Below are positions 38,162-51,108 of a stretch of DNA of 64,000 nt, in pieces. The notes beneath the pieces are model-generated. The model did no database searches. It was not told where the DNA came from and was given only the letters and a program-made list of their open reading frames with translations. Positions within the stretch are counted from its first letter, which is position 1; every line of letters starts with the position of its first letter. This stretch comes from Lepidodermella squamata (lineage: Eukaryota > Animalia > Gastrotricha): the NCBI GenBank assembly GCA_047495785.1, contig JBLDXI010000017.1, positions 3,162,001 through 3,226,000 of the forward strand, written 5' to 3'. Both the position numbers and the translations under genes were made by a program.

Positions 38162-40648
38162 ATGGCACAACTGTTGCGCAATGACTTGGGCCAACAGAAA
38201 CCGTGGAACAAACCACGGGGTATGTCAGAACAGATGGTACTTGATTGGGAAAGTTGTTGGAAGACCAATTAGCTGAGCTTTGTTGTTATCACGAAATTTT
38301 TCCCAACACCTCAATCTAGTCGAACCTTCTGAAACCGATCAATTAACTGAAGAAATGAAGATTCAGCACGATAAGAAGCTGTTGGAGATGCTGAGGATGC
38401 TGAGGAAGGGGGGTGAAAAACAAATCACGTAGTGGCTTATTCGGACTGAGGATCGCTGCTAAATACCTTGATCGAAAGACTCTCAAACTCATGGCAAATG
38501 GCCTAATATTCTGCCACTTAATGTACTGCGATACAACTCTCTCGCAGCTGGCACCGACCAAGCTCAGCAAACTACAACGTCGCCAAGACCAGGCCGTAAG
38601 AATCATTTGCCACGCTCCGATGAACGCGGACCCCGCACCGCTAAGACAAAAACTCGGATGGCTGGATCTTGACGGAAAACGAAAAGTTCACCTGGCAACA
38701 CTGATCTGGCGCTGCATTAATGGTGAGGCCCCGGTAGCCATAGCCAACTTCTTCAAACTTCGAACCGCACCAATGGCTTCTACCCGCAAACAAAACGCCC
38801 TCAAAGAACTCTCAAACATCCTAGAGGTGCCCAGGACTAAGTCAGCGATCATGGATCGGTGTTTGGCTCACCATGGATCGGTATTTTGGAACTCTCTCCC
38901 CGACCACATCCGCACATCCAAAACTGCCGACCAATGCAGAAACTTGGTTTACCGTCACCTGCTTACACAACAAAAAGAACTTACCTCAAATACCGCCGCC
39001 TGAAACCAGAAGACAAGAGCATCTGCATTTTATATTTTTATATTGATCCTGCTACAAACCAACATTCATCACAATTGTTTTCTTTGTTGAGCTATCTTCT
39101 TTTTTATACATATAAGTTACATGATGTTTTATAACTATCTAATCTTGTGTACAGTTTAAATCGAACCTAACTAATCCATTGTCTTTTTTTACAGCTGAGC
39201 TTTCCAACTTTTTCTAAAAACGGATGAATGGCTCATAAATAAATAAATAAATAAATGCTGATGAATGGCATTTGTAGCGACGTGACCTTCCAGGTTGAAG
39301 GGACAGATTTCCCCCTGCATCGCGTGATTCTCGCAGCACAATCGAGTGTCTTCAAAGCAATGCTGTTTTCAAGCGGCAGTTACTTCATCGAATCTGACTC
39401 GGAGCGGATCCGCCTACCCGACAAGAAAGTTGCATCTTTCCGCCGTTTCGTCGAGTACCTATACACAGGCTGCATCGATCTTAGCCTGTTGAAGCTGCCC
39501 GAACAGCTCGAACTTCTTGATTTAGCCAACGAGTACGACGTCAGAAGCCTATTCATGGCAGTCAGTGAGCATTTGATGGCTAATATCAACACGCCGACAG
39601 TTGCATTGGCTATTTTCGAACGAACTGCGCTGTATCATGAAGTTAGCCCTATGTTGTACGAGCGATGTCTCCGCTACATTAACGCATCAGCTGACCTGGT
39701 CATCCGAGAGGATAGCTTTTTGCGCTTACCTTTTCGACTACTATTTTATTTGTTTTCGCAGGACGAGTTTGCTGTCAGTGATGAACATCAGCTACTGAAG
39801 GTGATTTTCCAGTGGCGGCAAGCGAATTCTGTGACTGATGAGGAATTCAGTGAATTGCTTGGAACTGTGCGTCTCGGTCGCGATGAAATATTGAGCGATT
39901 ACTACGAACGAATCTTGAACTTCGAAAATTCAATTTCAAGTCGAATAATAGGTTTCGCACTTAAATATTAATTTATTAGCTGGAAACTTGTAAAAAAAAC
40001 CTGTATTTAGCACCCATCTGTAACATGGCAACCCTCGAAACAGCGTTGATATCAGCCGAGAGTCGATGCCAAAATGGCGACATGATTCTGCGCCCAGCAA
40101 ATGAAGGCGGATATGCCGATCTATCACTCGAGGACCCGAACTCATCAATTATTATTGAATTCAAACAGCCAATCTTGGTCACTTCCATGCGGCTGATTCT
40201 CGGTGCCAAGTCGATGAAATACAAAATATGCTTGATGTGCGGTTACGAGGCTGAAATTTGCAATTGTGTCTATTCGTACACGATTCACGTCAAATCTACC
40301 GCTGAAGATTCCGAGAATCTACTGATTGATTGCTCCGATAAGTTATGCCGAAGCTCTCAAGTTATTATATTCGAGCCGAGAAAGCTTCACTCGGGTATAT
40401 TTTGCAACTCCTTTTTGGCTTCAAATTTGTTATCTTTAATATTCCTTTTAGTTAAGATTCGTGCTATTCGGCATCCGAGCCGGTTTGAATTTTCGCCATC
40501 ATTCTATTTGACTCGTTTCGAATGCCCAGCAGTTGACGAAAATGGCGATGCGCTGCTGATCTTGGATGATCAATACATTGAGCATGAGATTAACTCTGAG
40601 TCATCGGCGAAACTCATCGAGTGTTTGGACTGGCCGAGTCATTGTTGA
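38162..40648 (+). CDS. BTB/BACK-domain protein (BTBD9-like), exon 2 interrupted by a LINE insertion; possibly a disrupted allele
   Basis: Exon 38162-38219 splices in phase to 38320. Removing the insert gives HDKKLLEMLRMLMNGICSDVTFQVEG..FPLHRVILAAQSSVFKAML (BTB), followed by BACK and C-terminal beta-sandwich-like exons. Confidence 0.8.
38404..39254 (+). mobile_element. 5'-truncated non-LTR retrotransposon (CR1/L2/Jockey-like ORF2 C-terminus) with (TAAA)n tail and 7-bp TSD ATGCTGA
   Basis: ORF 38413-39003 has HLMYC, KLQRRQDQAVRII, LGWLDL and FWNSLPDHIR, typical of the post-RT region. TAAA repeats at 39236-39254; ATGCTGA at 38397-38403 and 39255-39261. Confidence 0.9.
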
Positions 40649-41605
40649 ACCATTGCAAACTTGCTGTAAAAAATATGCTCTTGGAATAAAAACAATTTCC
40701 ATTGATTAATTAACTGGGTGTTATCAGGCTTCGCGTTGCATTTTCATGAATCATCCTTTTTTATCTCAGGCCCAGTGTTTTCGACGATGATGAGTGACTT
40801 TTTTCATTTATATGAATAGGACCCTTATTAGGGATGTATCGTGCTTCTCTATTTACCTTCGTGTTCAGAAAGTGTGCTGCTATCTCTTGCAGGCCGATCT
40901 GTTGCATTGAAACATGGCCGAATGAAAAAGAGAGCGTGCTACAACACGTTGTATTCAAATTGCATCGTGGAAAGCTGCTTTTTGTAAGCTCGTCGGTCGT
41001 AGTTAACCCCCGTTAAATGGTGCGAGACCGAGAGAGCCAGGAGGTATACTATATACATAAAATAACGTATTCATTTACGCTATAGGTATTCACCTACATA
41101 TTTTTACAGCCATGCACTGCATTGGGCGCGCGACTGTAATTAATGCGTATAAAAAATTGAACTTTCGCTGCTCTTATGAACTAAAACCACACCTGATTCA
41201 AAATAATTCAAAATGGTGTGGTTTTTTCAATTTTCTGGGTTATATTGGGGGGCTAAATTTTTCGCCTGAAACCATATGACCATGTTCCCCAGCCTCTCCA
41301 AGTTACGGGAGATCTTCGATCCAAAATGATCTGATGTGTAATTTTTAAGGAGGCCATTTCACAAATTACTAATTATTTTATCGAATTCCATCGTATAATT
41401 AATATTGTTCAGTTTTTGCAATGACGAACATCGCGCTTCGAACTTTAGACAGCAGATTCAGTGATGTTTAGCCATCTGCTCATTAATAGCAAAGAGCACG
41501 CGATCTAGTATAATATTACGCAGTTGAGAATCCAGGCTATTCAATCTGAAATTGTGCAGTTTTTCCCAAATAGACTTTACACACACATTAGAGGCATTTT
41601 ACTGG

Positions 41606-42881
41606 ATGCTTCCGGCCGTGACGGACAAGCTGAGAAGCGTTCTGCTTTACGCGTTTCATTGCGTTCTGCCTCTTGTTGTATTGATTGCGGTAACACCTTT
41701 GTTTTTCGTCGGATGGGCCGGATGCCAAATTTTCAGCATTCCTGCGGCAACGCGGAAAATTTTTCTCTACCTTGACGTCTTCTTTTGGTCTTTCTATCAG
41801 CGACTGGTGTTATTTTTTGCTGAAAACTGGTCCGAAACTGAGATTTACCTGTATGGCGATGTTCCGTCAAACGGAGTTGAACAGCCTCGCCGCGAGAGCA
41901 TTGTATTCCTATGCAACCACCAAAGTTCGTTCGACTGGATTCTAGCCGATATTGTCGCTGTCAGGCACGGCTGCCTCGGAAATTTGCGTTATATTATAAA
42001 AAATTCGCTGCGATTCATTCCACTTTTTGGTTACTTCTTCAAGCTCCACGGCTGCGTCTACGTCAAACGAGGCGCTCATAATGAGGCGAACTACCGAAAT
42101 CAGCTGGTAGAATTATCGAAAAGAGGAACTGTAAGCTGACATAAAAGCATAGTTTTGCACAATTAGGCGATTAGGAAATTATAAGGCAACTGAAAGATTT
42201 CTGTTTTGACAGTACTGGTTGGTAATATTTCCTGAAGGTACCCGCTTCCGACAGCGCGATACGACTGAAGCTTTGGAAGTTAACAGAAGCTATGCGGAGA
42301 AGCATGGTTTACCGAAATTTGACTTGGTGTTGACTCCTAAGCATCGCGGCACATTACACGCCTTGCAAAGTCTTGACAATGTCGAAGCGATTTATGACGC
42401 AACGATAGCATACGAACCACCGGAGTGGAAACCGGATGGCAGCCAGCCGAAGATTCCCTCCATTGCAAGCTATTTGGCCGGAGCCACGCGCCGATTACAC
42501 ATTCATTTGGAACGCATTCCGATTGGCGAAGTTCCGAAAGATGAGCAACAGTTCACAACTTGGTTGTGCGATCGATTCAGAATAAAAAACGAGTAAGCTA
42601 CTACAATATAGTTTCACAGGAAAATAGAACTGTTTTCTTTCAGCATTCTAAGCAAATTCTACGCAAAAGGCGGAGCTCTTGTTGGCGAGGAGCTGCCAGC
42701 GCCGTCGAGACTTTCGCCCTACCGCGAGACGCTGCCGTACATCGCTTGGGCTGTTGGTGTGACTCTGCTATTGTTGGCAACGGAGTTTGGCCGGCCGATC
42801 TACTATTGCGCCGCGATGTTCGGCACACTCTTCACGTTAGGCTGGATGGCGGTGGTTCCGGATACTTTCTCCGCGGTGTGA
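41606..42881 (+). CDS. AGPAT5: 1-acyl-sn-glycerol-3-phosphate acyltransferase epsilon
   Basis: YQRLVLFFAEN..YLYGDVP, acyltransferase motif I NHQSSFDW, motif III FPEGTR, VLTPKHRG, and a C-terminal hydrophobic segment. Confidence 0.9.
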
Positions 42882-45800
42882 TAGCTAAACAGCCCAGTTA
42901 TCAAATTGACTTGACTTGAAAACGCACGATGTCATCTTACCTCAAGAGGTTGTGGCCGCTAATTTACCAAAAGCATCCGTTGTTAATTTTCTAAAAATGA
43001 AGTAATTATGATTTTTTGGAGAATATAGCTCACTCTGCTGATGCTGCACTTTGTAAATCGATATGGATTGTAAAAGAGGAAAAATTCCACAACATGCGTG
43101 TGGTCTATGTTTCGAGCTTCCTTTCTACTTATAATTGTTGAAATAAAATTTCACTAGCATTTTTCGTGTTATTGTGACAAGCGGCGAGTAGCAAATATGG
43201 CCTGATCTTCGCTTTGAATCACGCCACTTTCGAACCAGCTGTTCTAATGATGAGTGAGCACAAGTCTAATTTTGTGCACAAATTTTAACAAGTTTAAAAA
43301 TAATCACAATTTTGGCAAATTAAATCAATCGCCGACTTGTTTCATTTAGAGTTAGATAGCAAAGGATTCTGTCCAAAATGTTGTCAGCACTGGTAACGAG
43401 AAATAAAACAGGAAAACTGATGTGAATCATCTGTTGGTTTGCGTTTGATAGATGAGTGGATGCAATCAAAGCTAAGGGAATAGTTTCAATAATCCGGTCA
43501 ACTTTATGTAGGATATCCATAACTTGTACGAGTGGTCCTCTTTAATTTTTCCTTTCTTGACTCAGCTTCGACCTAGCTCAGATATTTGCGGCAGCACGAG
43601 CTTATGTCCAAACTTATTTACACCTCATATCAGAGGCGGCTGCCACCCCCATTTCGCAGCTTTAACGATAAAGCGCGAGTTTACCTGCGATGGAGTATAG
43701 ATATCGGTCATCGCAATATTTAATTTAGCAATAATAAATGCAACAAATAGCACGGCATTATCCGCCCATTTGTGCGCAAAACAACGAGATGGGCGATAAA
43801 TAAATTTAAATTGTTCATCCATCCATTTACACCACGCGCACGTGTTTTTTACCTTGTGTTCATTATCGCGCAGACCTGGTAAAAGCAGGTGTATCGACCC
43901 GAAGTTCGGCAAGAGAAGCTGGGGTGCCGCACTTTCGTCGCCCAAAGAGGTGTTTTTATATTATTTTATCAGCCGCTTGCGCGCAGCACGAAGCAGCTTT
44001 TACCTACGCGCCCGATGAGCTGCTTTTATATACCCCACCGATAAATGTGGGCCGGCGCACCGTCATTGTCTTCACGCCGCCATGGCAAGGATATTTTAGG
44101 CGGCGTTAAATATTTTGCAAGGTAGGATATTCATTCGAGTTTTCAGTCGGCGCTACACTGCAATAATGACGTAGAGCTGCTATCACACTTTTACATTTTC
44201 GCACTTTTATTATTATCGTCGAGGCTGAAATTCACCGATCGCCCCATCATTAATCCAAAAATTACATACTAAAAGCCCAGCAGTTATAACCACTCAATTT
44301 ACTTCAGGGAATTTTGCGATTATTTCTCGACAAATTAGTTTACACCCGCAGGATATCTGCGCGACGAATTAATTTGTTGTAACAAAAAACGAAATAGCTT
44401 AGCGATATTATTATTACTACTGCTATTATTAATTTTTATTACCTGTGAAACGACGTAATGCGATATGATGTATAGTGAGTTTATTTGCGGCGTTATATCG
44501 CACAGATGATTATACTGCAGAACCGCGCGCGCGCGCATGTCTCGCTTTGCATGGCTTGCTTATTTTTGCGATAATATAGGTATAACGGCGCGACAACCCA
44601 GAGCAGCGCCGCCGGGGAGATGCAAATTAATGTTGCGTATAGGAAAGTTGAAAATAAATCGAATGTAAATCTGCGCTCGTGGCTCTGCAGCTGCTGCCGC
44701 GGGAGTGGAGCAGGCGCCAGGGTGGATTCGCAATAACAAGGTATACGGCCCCCGCCTACTATTTGTTGTCGTTAAATTACTTTATTATACTTCTCTCATT
44801 ATTTTGCTGTTGGTTTATTAGATATTATACCCACCTGAAGCAACGAAAAATCTGCGGCATAGCTCGCGGGCATTATCGGAGTCCGTCGCGCGCATCGTAT
44901 CGGCGGCTCACATTTTTCTTTGCAGTTCGTCGTTATTTTTCTTTACACTTGTATTCTTTTACTACATCATCAGCATCGTGAAATAGTATCGGGCGCGATA
45001 ATAGAAATAATAACGCCTTTTCGTCACAGACGGCGGCGGGCGAGGTGTAAGCTGTGCGCGCGCGGCAGTGAACGAACAATAAAGCAGCAGCAGCAACAGC
45101 GGCGAACATGACACACCTGCAAATTTATGCATCAGCCTACTATACCCGAGTTCTTTCGCTCTGGGCTCGCGGCGATGAAGATATCAGATAGCAATAATCG
45201 TTGCTTTAGGTAACTGAAATAATATAGTAATAATATTTCGCCATCGCACCGCTGTCAACAACAACGGCAATTGCGTATCAAATTTATACACTTTTATTGC
45301 CTCTCCCCTATATACCTGTGCTAACTAGCATTAACTCAGCTTTAATCAACCCGATAGCTACGATACAAATCGCCCGCATGCGTTGATGCTCATTATAACG
45401 TATGCGTGACTAATGACTCAGATCGCCGTCTCCCCACTGGGGTTGTTCTTTCGATTTGCGCTCTAAAAAATAACCCAACCTTACAGTTATATCGCAGCGC
45501 ACTTGAGCGCCGGTCGGAAATAAGATCAATTTAGTTCGCATGCCTGTTTTTTTTTCCTATCGCATGGCCCGCGACACGGCAGCATGGTTCAAGGGCGTTA
45601 TAATTTTTTTCGCTCGGCCAGGGCATTACGCGTGGGTGCTTCACTGCGCGACAGGTTTCCTTTCATCGCAATATATATAATTCAAATTCTCAAGTACATT
45701 TTCGCTACCGGCCTTCTGATTATACCGCGCCGATGTATATAAATCTAAAGTTTTATTCACTGTAATGACAATATAACCCGCCCCCATGGCCTCATGACGC

Positions 45801-48072
45801 TATTTAACCCGCTGATTCAACGTGTCGTATTCTCGGGCTTTGAAATAGAAACCGCTTATTTCGGTTAAACACGTCGGCTTCAATCCTGTAATAAACCAGT
45901 GGCTGGGTTATTTCCCTCTCGGACGAGATGACCCCGTTCGCCTAAAAAGATTTGTTATTATCAATCTCGCCGTGTGTGAATGTGTGCCAATTTATTTTTT
46001 GTTGTTTATCAAATCCGCCCGTGAAGCGCTTCGAGACAACTGCTGTTGTTTGCATTAATTTTTTTTACGATCTCGAAGTGTAGATAAACCAGGCGATTAA
46101 CTGTGTATGGCATATTATAATATTTTTTTGTTTGCGAATTTTTAGCCATCAGACGTGTGTGCGGCGTGGCCGCTAAACCATCCAACCCGACCAGGCAGAT
46201 GTTCGCCGTTGTTTATTGCACATTAATTTTATTCTTATAATACCTATATCGTCGGTCGATATATATTACCAGAGAGAATATCTTGCTGTACCGCGGTCAC
46301 ACTCACTGCAAAAACATGTGTTTTGCGACGCCACGGCCGCCCCCAATGTCGAACCAGCCCGCCGCCCTGCTCCCGCTCGCTACTAGTCATAATTCATAAT
46401 TAAAAAATAAAACCAAAAACTAGGCGCGAAGCGGAAGCTCAACGGGAATACAGAGCTCGAGTTATTTCTCAGCCGCGCCGCGCCGACAGGAGCTTATTAG
46501 TCGGGTCTCAGCTGCGAAAAAAATATACAGCTGGGCACTGTCATTATCCAACGCCTGCTAATGTGTATAATTTGCTCATTTGCGGCGCCGCTGCTGCTGC
46601 TGCTCTGCTCGACGTCGTCGTCGGTGGGGATTTTTAATATTTATTTGGTAGGGCTGCGGATATTAATATGGCTTTGTTGTTATTAAAGTGCAGACGACTG
46701 ACTATACGGTGTGGGTTATATTTTTATGATTAATATATCGACGACGACGGCGGCGGGCGAGAGCAGGGAGATAGCAGCACGTGTGCCTGGCTACCGCGCC
46801 CGCGTTGCAAGAAGGCGCGCGCGCGCGTCGGCCCTCGACGGCCGTCGCAAACAAGACAATCGTCATCGTCATCATCATCGATGGCTGCTAGAATAATATA
46901 GCGGCGCGTGTGTTTGTCGGGGGACGGCAGCAGCAGCCGCCGCGCCGATAACTGCGCCCGCCTTGTTTATTGTCGCCATCTCGTTGAATATTATTCTACA
47001 CTACGTTATTGCCATCCCTCGTTCTCTCCCTCGGTGACGCGGGCGTGTATATTTTGTCGAAATAAATCGATATATCGCCTGCCTTCATTTACGACCGGTC
47101 GCCAGACCGGGTCGCTCGCCGGCGCCGTTGTGTTGTCTGTGCTGCTAGCGCGGCGGATCGTATATCAGTATCGCACAGCCCTCATCGTGTGCTACATTCA
47201 AACGAGCGAACGAGCGAACGAACGAACGAGATTGCGACCCTTTATTTTGCGTTTAATAATCATCGTTGCTGGCGTTGTAGCGGGCGGGGTCTTTATACGA
47301 CACAAGTCTAAATGGTGCATCACCGACTATTATCTCTAGCGTCGCCGTTCTCTTCTCCTGCTTGCTCACTTGCTCGCGAGCGCACACGATCTAAAAAGCA
47401 GCAGCAGCAGCAGCCTAATAATAATGAAAATATTATTTTAAAAGCCCGACGACAAAGACCTTCTTCCTTCCCGCCGAGTGCGATTTGCGCATTTAATGCA
47501 CTGCTCTCTTCATCTTTCGACTCGAAGATAAAACGTATATATTGCATTTATTTCACCGCCATCCTTTCCATTATTATTGTCGCCACATCACCGCGCCGTC
47601 GCCGCCGTCGTCATTTTCGCTTTATACTCCGCTGCTGCTCTTCAGCGAATTTTGATGCGCGCTGTAAACAAAATCAACCTTCCTACCTGCATTGCGCTCG
47701 AAAATTAATTGCTAAGTCTCAAATTCCCTCGGTTATCTTCGCATCCCTCTGCGCCTTATCTTGACATTATTTCGTCGAGCCGCGCGGTTATACACCAATG
47801 CGCCTCTGCTAAAAATATCGGGCATTAGCGCAGCAGTGATAACCATTTCTATTCTCCCGTTCTATTTTGGTAGTAAATAAGGACCCACCCACTTCTCATA
47901 ACCCAGGTTCGTTTGATAATAATAATAATATAACGCGCACATAATTTTATAGGCCAAAAGATGGCCGGATGCATATGCAAAAAAAGTTATCTGAAAAAGT
48001 CGATATAACTGCGCTGTTTTTCCACATGCGATAGGAATTTACCAAGTTCGTGAAGATTCGAACGCAGTTGGC

Positions 48073-51000
48073 ATGATGTCTTCAGTTTTCCCGTCGTCTG
48101 CGGCGACGAACATTGGCCCATCCAACGGAAATTCCAGCGGAACTGACAACACAAACGCCAGGTTCGAGGAAGAACTTTACGTGGCATATCTTCAAGCCCG
48201 TTCGCGGCGCATCGCAGTATCCTCAGCCGGTCTTTTGGAATGGGCGCAGGAAATCGCCGTTTCCGAGGGTTATTACGACAGAGAAGAGGCTCGAACTCTT
48301 CTGACCCCAGAATGGCTCGATGGTTGGTGCCAGCGTAACCAGGTGAATGACGTCGATGCTGAATACGACGAAGAGGCGCCTGATAACGACGACGAAGACG
48401 ATGACGCCGAAGACGAGGAAATTGAGGAAGCACCTGATGATTCATCGCTTGTTCTCTACCCACCGCCTATCGACAGCCCGCTAACTCCATCGCCGCCACC
48501 CCAGAAAAAAGGCGTGACGAAGAAGTTGGCAGTCACTGAAGCCGCTGCGAATGGCGATATAGAGAGCGTAGTAACGACTTATCTATCAACCCCACAGCCG
48601 AGATCGCGGCTTTTCGAACATATGCTAGCTGAAAGTGCTGCGAAATTACTGACAAAATTCATGTCAGAGTCGCTGCAAATGGCTGATGACGTTCGGCCCG
48701 AGCACTTGACGCCTGAGGAACTGAATCGAACTTTGATCCAGTTTTTCCGGCAACTTCATAAACCTGATTCTCCTGATGAGACCTACTCGGTTAAGGTCTT
48801 GCATGGCATTCTTGAAGGCCTGTCCCGCTACCTACGCGGTTGTGGTTATTCATGCGACCTTGCGTATGAGTCGAATTTCAGCGAGGCGAGAGCTGCGTTT
48901 GGCGAGAAACTCATGAAGGCTTTCGAGTCAGAGTCGAAGCAGAAGCATATAGCTTTGAAAGTCAGTAAGGGCGAGACGTCGGGAGGCGAAGAAGTTGACG
49001 ACGATGAGGTGAGCAAAAAGATGCAACAGGATCACAGATTACGGCCGTTGGGCTCAGACGAAATTGCCCCCGACGCCGCAATGGCTTCGTTCAACAAAAA
49101 CACGCAAAAGGTCATGACCTGGGCGGCGAAGAACGTAGTTGGGTTCGGCCGAGAACGGCTGGGCTTGACGCAATTCGTGCGCGTTGAAGAGATGCCGCCG
49201 GAACTGCTCAACGTTGTGCTGACGCGATTCTTCTGTGAGGCGAGGAAGGCCGATGGCACTGAGTTTGGCTGGAACTCGTTCAAATCTGTGTTTTCTAACC
49301 TCGAAGCGTATCTCAGGGTTCACCGCTACCCCCTCGGCCTACACGACCCGGTTTTCAGGATGGCCAAGCAGACCCTGTTCAACGTGCTGAGACCGGGTGG
49401 TAGTGCTGGCGGCTCGACCGCTGCAGCCGCCAATATTGCAGCTGCTAATAACCAATCTTCAAATTCGGCAAATCACCATGTATCGACTGGAGGTACGCCT
49501 GGTAACAACACGCCGAGTCGTAGCGGGTCGAGTGTGAATGCGGGCGGAAATGCGAATGAAACATCGGCGCGGCCCTTGTACCACCGGCCGATTGAGATAA
49601 ACTCGGCGGAGGAGAACATTCTGTGGACACAGGGCGCGTTCGGTTGGCACTCGCCCCAAGCTATCAACACTACGCTATACTACTACATGCGGCATATCTA
49701 CGGGGTGCGGAGTGGCGAGTCGCATCGGAGGATCAACTTTGGCGACCTGAGGACAATGAAGTCGGAAGATGGCCGGGAGGAGTTTCTAGTGTACACGAAA
49801 GCGGCGAATGGCATGGACATTTCGCGGCTGAGGCGCATGTGGGCGACTCGCGACGACCGGTGCATCGTTCGCGTTTACAAGGTGATGGTCGCGAAACGGC
49901 CGCCGGAGACGCGGAAAGCTGACGCGCCGCTGTATTTGCAACCGAAGCGCCAGCGGCACTACGCCCTCGACTCGAATGCAGCGATCGACGCGGCCTCGCT
50001 GCCCGGCACCGACGAGGTCGCCACAGATTGCTGGTTCACGACAGCGCCGCTCGGTAAAAACGCGCTCGCCACCTTAATGCGCGAGGCCTATCAAAGCTGC
50101 GGCTTAGATTCGAGTCGATTCAATGCCAACAACCCGCCTAGTCAAGTTGTTGGTAGTAGCAGTGCTGCTCGATTCGCTAGCCAGCATGATTCTCAGGCCT
50201 ATGATGACATGGATAATTTGTTGGCGGATAGTAATAATAACAGCAATTTAGGCGATGATGGCGGGTCATCGCGCAGTTCTTCGTCGTTTTCGCACCACGC
50301 CCCGACTCCGGTTAATAGCCGGCTATCTAATAACAACAATCGCCTGCCTTCGAATGGGCTTTCGTCTAGCAACGATAACAACGCTCGCCGGTCGTTTATT
50401 CCTGCTTCTAGTCTTGTATCGCCTCAAAATCAAGCTATCGATCTTGCCACTTCGAACAAGCGCAAACGAGGTAAAGAAATAATAGAAAATACATTACTTG
50501 ACGTTACAAATTGTAAAGTTATCGCAGATACTATGGGCCGTTTCGCAGGAAGTTCGGGAGGATTCGGTGCCCAGCAACATGAGGCCTTATCGTTGTGTAC
50601 GAACGAGAAATCGCGGCCTATCAATGCCAGCCAGCCTGCATCTCGTGGCGTGTCAAACTCATCGCTGCCTAACAGAAATGGAGGCAGTGACTTCTCGCTC
50701 AAATCGAAAATCCCAAAATTATCGGTCGAGGTGAGTATGGCTAGCCATGGAAATATATAATAAACTGAAATAAAAATTCCACCTTAAAAAATATTACCAA
50801 GAAATTCCTAACCATTTTCATTTTTTTTGCAGGCTAGCGTTAAATCTGAGCCGGGTAATAAGGTACGTCCTACTCAGCAACCATCTGCATCGCCAAGCTC
50901 CTCGGATTGCGCGCCAACTGACGCGAGTGGGTTGTCGGCGTCTGCTTTCGGCAACGGTCTTGGCAATATGAGCATTTCGATGCAGCCGAAAACAGCCGCC

Positions 51001-51108
51001 GATATGGCTGACGTTCTGAGCTTTCTCAACCAATTCCTAAACTCGTCTTCATCAAATAGTAGCATCTACAAATGCAGCATAAACGTTACTGTCAACATAA
51101 GCAAATGA
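48073..51108 (+). CDS. Domesticated transposon-derived nuclear protein: CENP-B/Tc5-type HTH + 2x Crypton core-binding repeats + DUF3504 (ZMYM/QRICH1/KIAA1958-like)
   Basis: FEEELYVAYLQARSR..LLEWAQEIA..EWLDGWCQRN (HTH); two LN..L..FF...K.D...Y/F..S......L..YL repeats; EENILW..G..SPQAI..YGVRSGESH..FGD, RCIV..YK....KRP, WFTTAPLGKNAL. One intron, 50731-50832. Confidence 0.85.

Noticed and set aside
46711-47764. ORFs of 60-150 aa with poly-Q, poly-R or poly-H runs
   Set aside because: They derive from triplet microsatellite-like non-coding DNA and show no domain signal or consistent exon structure.
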